A stretch of 64,000 nt of DNA from assembly GCA_026770705.1 (NCBI GenBank), contig JANJGN010000301.1:310001-374000 (forward strand). Reading direction: 5' to 3'. This document shows, piece after piece, positions 62,015-64,000 of this stretch (positions are counted from its first letter, which is position 1; the number at the start of each line of letters is the position of its first letter). Position numbers and translations under genes: made by a program. This DNA is from Isurus oxyrinchus (taxonomy: Eukaryota). Under the pieces are notes generated by a model. The model ran no database searches. It saw only the letters and a list, made by a program, of their open reading frames with translations, and had not been told where the DNA came from.

Positions 62015-63120
62015 TTATGTGAAACAACAGCATGATCTCCAGTTAAAGTTCTGGGACCTGAAAATGCCCAGCATGGGATTTAGAAAAGCAGAGAAGGAAG
62101 TGACAACCTACACGTAAAATGGAAATTTGCACCAGTAAAATGCTGTGACTGGATATGATGGATCTAGCAGATCCTGAGCCCCGTAGTACAGTTCAGGGAC
62201 GTGATAACGGGCACAGCAGAAAAGGAGAAGAGCCAACATTCCAGCATCTACCTCCAAAATTTTATTTTCATCAACTCCATGGGTTGCTTCCCAGTTCCCA
62301 CTCCTGTTAGTTTCTGTGATGTTAGTACATAGAAGATGAACAGAATCAGGGCTGGAATGGCGAACAACATAATTTCAGAAATCAGCATGAAGATTTCCTG
62401 TGGCCTCCACACCGTGGACATTTCCTTGCATGAAACTCTATTATATAATATTCTTATCATTCTGAAAAGAATAATTAAACTCAGAGCTAAGACTTCCAGC
62501 CAAGTTTCAATAGACAGTGCAACATAGTATTGATGCTTTCTCCAGGCCTGAGACCTGGTGGGGTATGCAACAGCTATGTATTGGTCAACAACAATGCAGG
62601 TCAAGAAAGGTGCATTGGCATAAAAGTTGACTGTATACAAGAGAAGGATAAAATTATTATATAACTGCATTGCAATATCATCTAGGGTAATAGCAATAAT
62701 ATCAAGTGTGGATGCAACAATAACCAACAAGTTGGTGATGGTTAAGTCCAGCACAAGCGCTTCAGATGCTGACGAGAGTTTCTTTAATCTAATGATATGC
62801 CACTATGCAATTGCGTTCCCATTAATACCCGAAACAAATAATAAGCTAAAGAGGCAGAGGAAGGCGGTCGTTTTAACCTAATCCAAAGCATGGAATGTGC
62901 TGTTAGTTGAGGACACAAGACTTGTATTTCCACTCTGATTGGATGGGTTCATCTCAGGCCAGGGTGTGAGAACTGTTATGTTCCAGCTCACAAATTTATC
63001 AATTTGATGTAACGTAGAAAATGGAGAGCAGTGGAGAAAATAATAAAGGTATATCGTACAATAGCAGTTGAGACTATGCGGTCAGATTATTGGCTGTTAA
63101 GTTCCCACTTTTATCTCCAT
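62015..63120 (-). pseudogene. Second single-exon class A GPCR pseudogene, paralog of the 53.7-54.9 kb gene
   Basis: WNITV...SGNTSL, GINGNAIA*WHI, NFYANAPFLTCIVVDQYIAV, ARYHVPE, FLNPMLGIFRSQNF; several stops. Confidence 0.82.
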
Positions 63121-63459
63121 AACATCAATACTATTTCATTAATACAGTCTGGCTAATGTACTTCTCGGAAAACTATGGATACCAACTGATATGAGAGATC
63201 CCTGTGGGGACTGCATGTGGGAATCAGAATCCTGTAAAGTGACAGATGGGAATAAAGTTATTGAAGTACTCAAAATAATGTCATCCGATATGCTGGAAAG
63301 CGAGCTATCTAGACACTGACTAATGTTTCTTACTCTCCCTCAGAAAATGCCTGTCCGCTGATTGATTAATCTAATGACTCCCCCTGTGCACGGACAGTTA
63401 TTTCCCCACCTCTCTGTTCAAGCGAGATATTTGCAAACTGCCTCTACCACAATGACCCT

Positions 63460-63890
63460 CAATCTCTTTCCCTCGGGAAGATGTTTGAACGCTGTCTGAA
63501 ATTCCCTAGCCTTTACGTTTTATCTAGATGAAAAGTGATTAACGACTCCGAATCCCAACCGCTCATGGAAATATCTGCACGCTGGCTCATGTCTTCCAGT
63601 CCCTCAGCTCAGAAAGATATTAGCATACTGATTTGTATCTTTCCATGCCTCCATCTCAATGAAATATCTGTGCACTAACCTATTCTTCTCAGACGCCTTT
63701 TCTGGGGAGATATCTGTACGCTGACTGACATTGCTTAAGTTTTTCTCTCACAGGATGATAAATGACCACTGACTGGTGTCACCCTTTGCGCTTTGAGTCA
63801 GCAAAATATCTAATCATTGCATGGTGCCCCTAAGCCCCTCTCTCTGGGTTATATCTGCACATTGACTGCTTGCTCTCAGTCCCTTCTCGA
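63460..63890 (+). repeat. Diverged copies of the ~47-bp minisatellite seen at 46.2 kb
   Basis: Recurrent gatatctgtacgctgactg...tctcagtccc units. Confidence 0.7.
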
Positions 63891-64000
63891 AGGCGGGGGT
63901 GGGAGGTGGGGGAGGGGTGGCGGTGGGGTGTGGGTGTGTGTGAGGGGGAAGGAGCGGAGAAGGTGGCGTAGCGTTATTGCCACTGGGCTGGTAATACAGC

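Overview
Vertebrate genomic DNA, very likely from a cartilaginous fish (inferred from the repeat families and V-segment style). The first ~35.6 kb is an array of at least 17 T-cell-receptor alpha/delta-type V gene segments. Each has a leader exon, a phase-1 intron, a V exon and, where preserved, a 22-24-bp-spacer RSS, and they lie on both strands. Only about 3-5 look usable; the rest are pseudogenes. Two blocks (1-6 kb and 13.5-16.1 kb) are duplicated in 23.7-34 kb. After ~36 kb the V array stops. The rest is retroelement-rich: a near full-length decayed CR1 LINE carrying a nested young Penelope-like (GIY-YIG) element, plus L2-like and other LINE fragments, tRNA-SINEs and minisatellites. It also holds at least two disrupted, paralogous single-exon class A GPCR genes with a DQY motif. 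Main leads: minimal hammerhead-ribozyme motifs in the Penelope copies, Penelope insertions into a V promoter and a V exon, CTCF-like motifs next to V promoters and RSSs, an internally inverted orphan promoter+leader copy, and a deletion that removes exactly an RSS heptamer. All calls are manual; no database searches were run.
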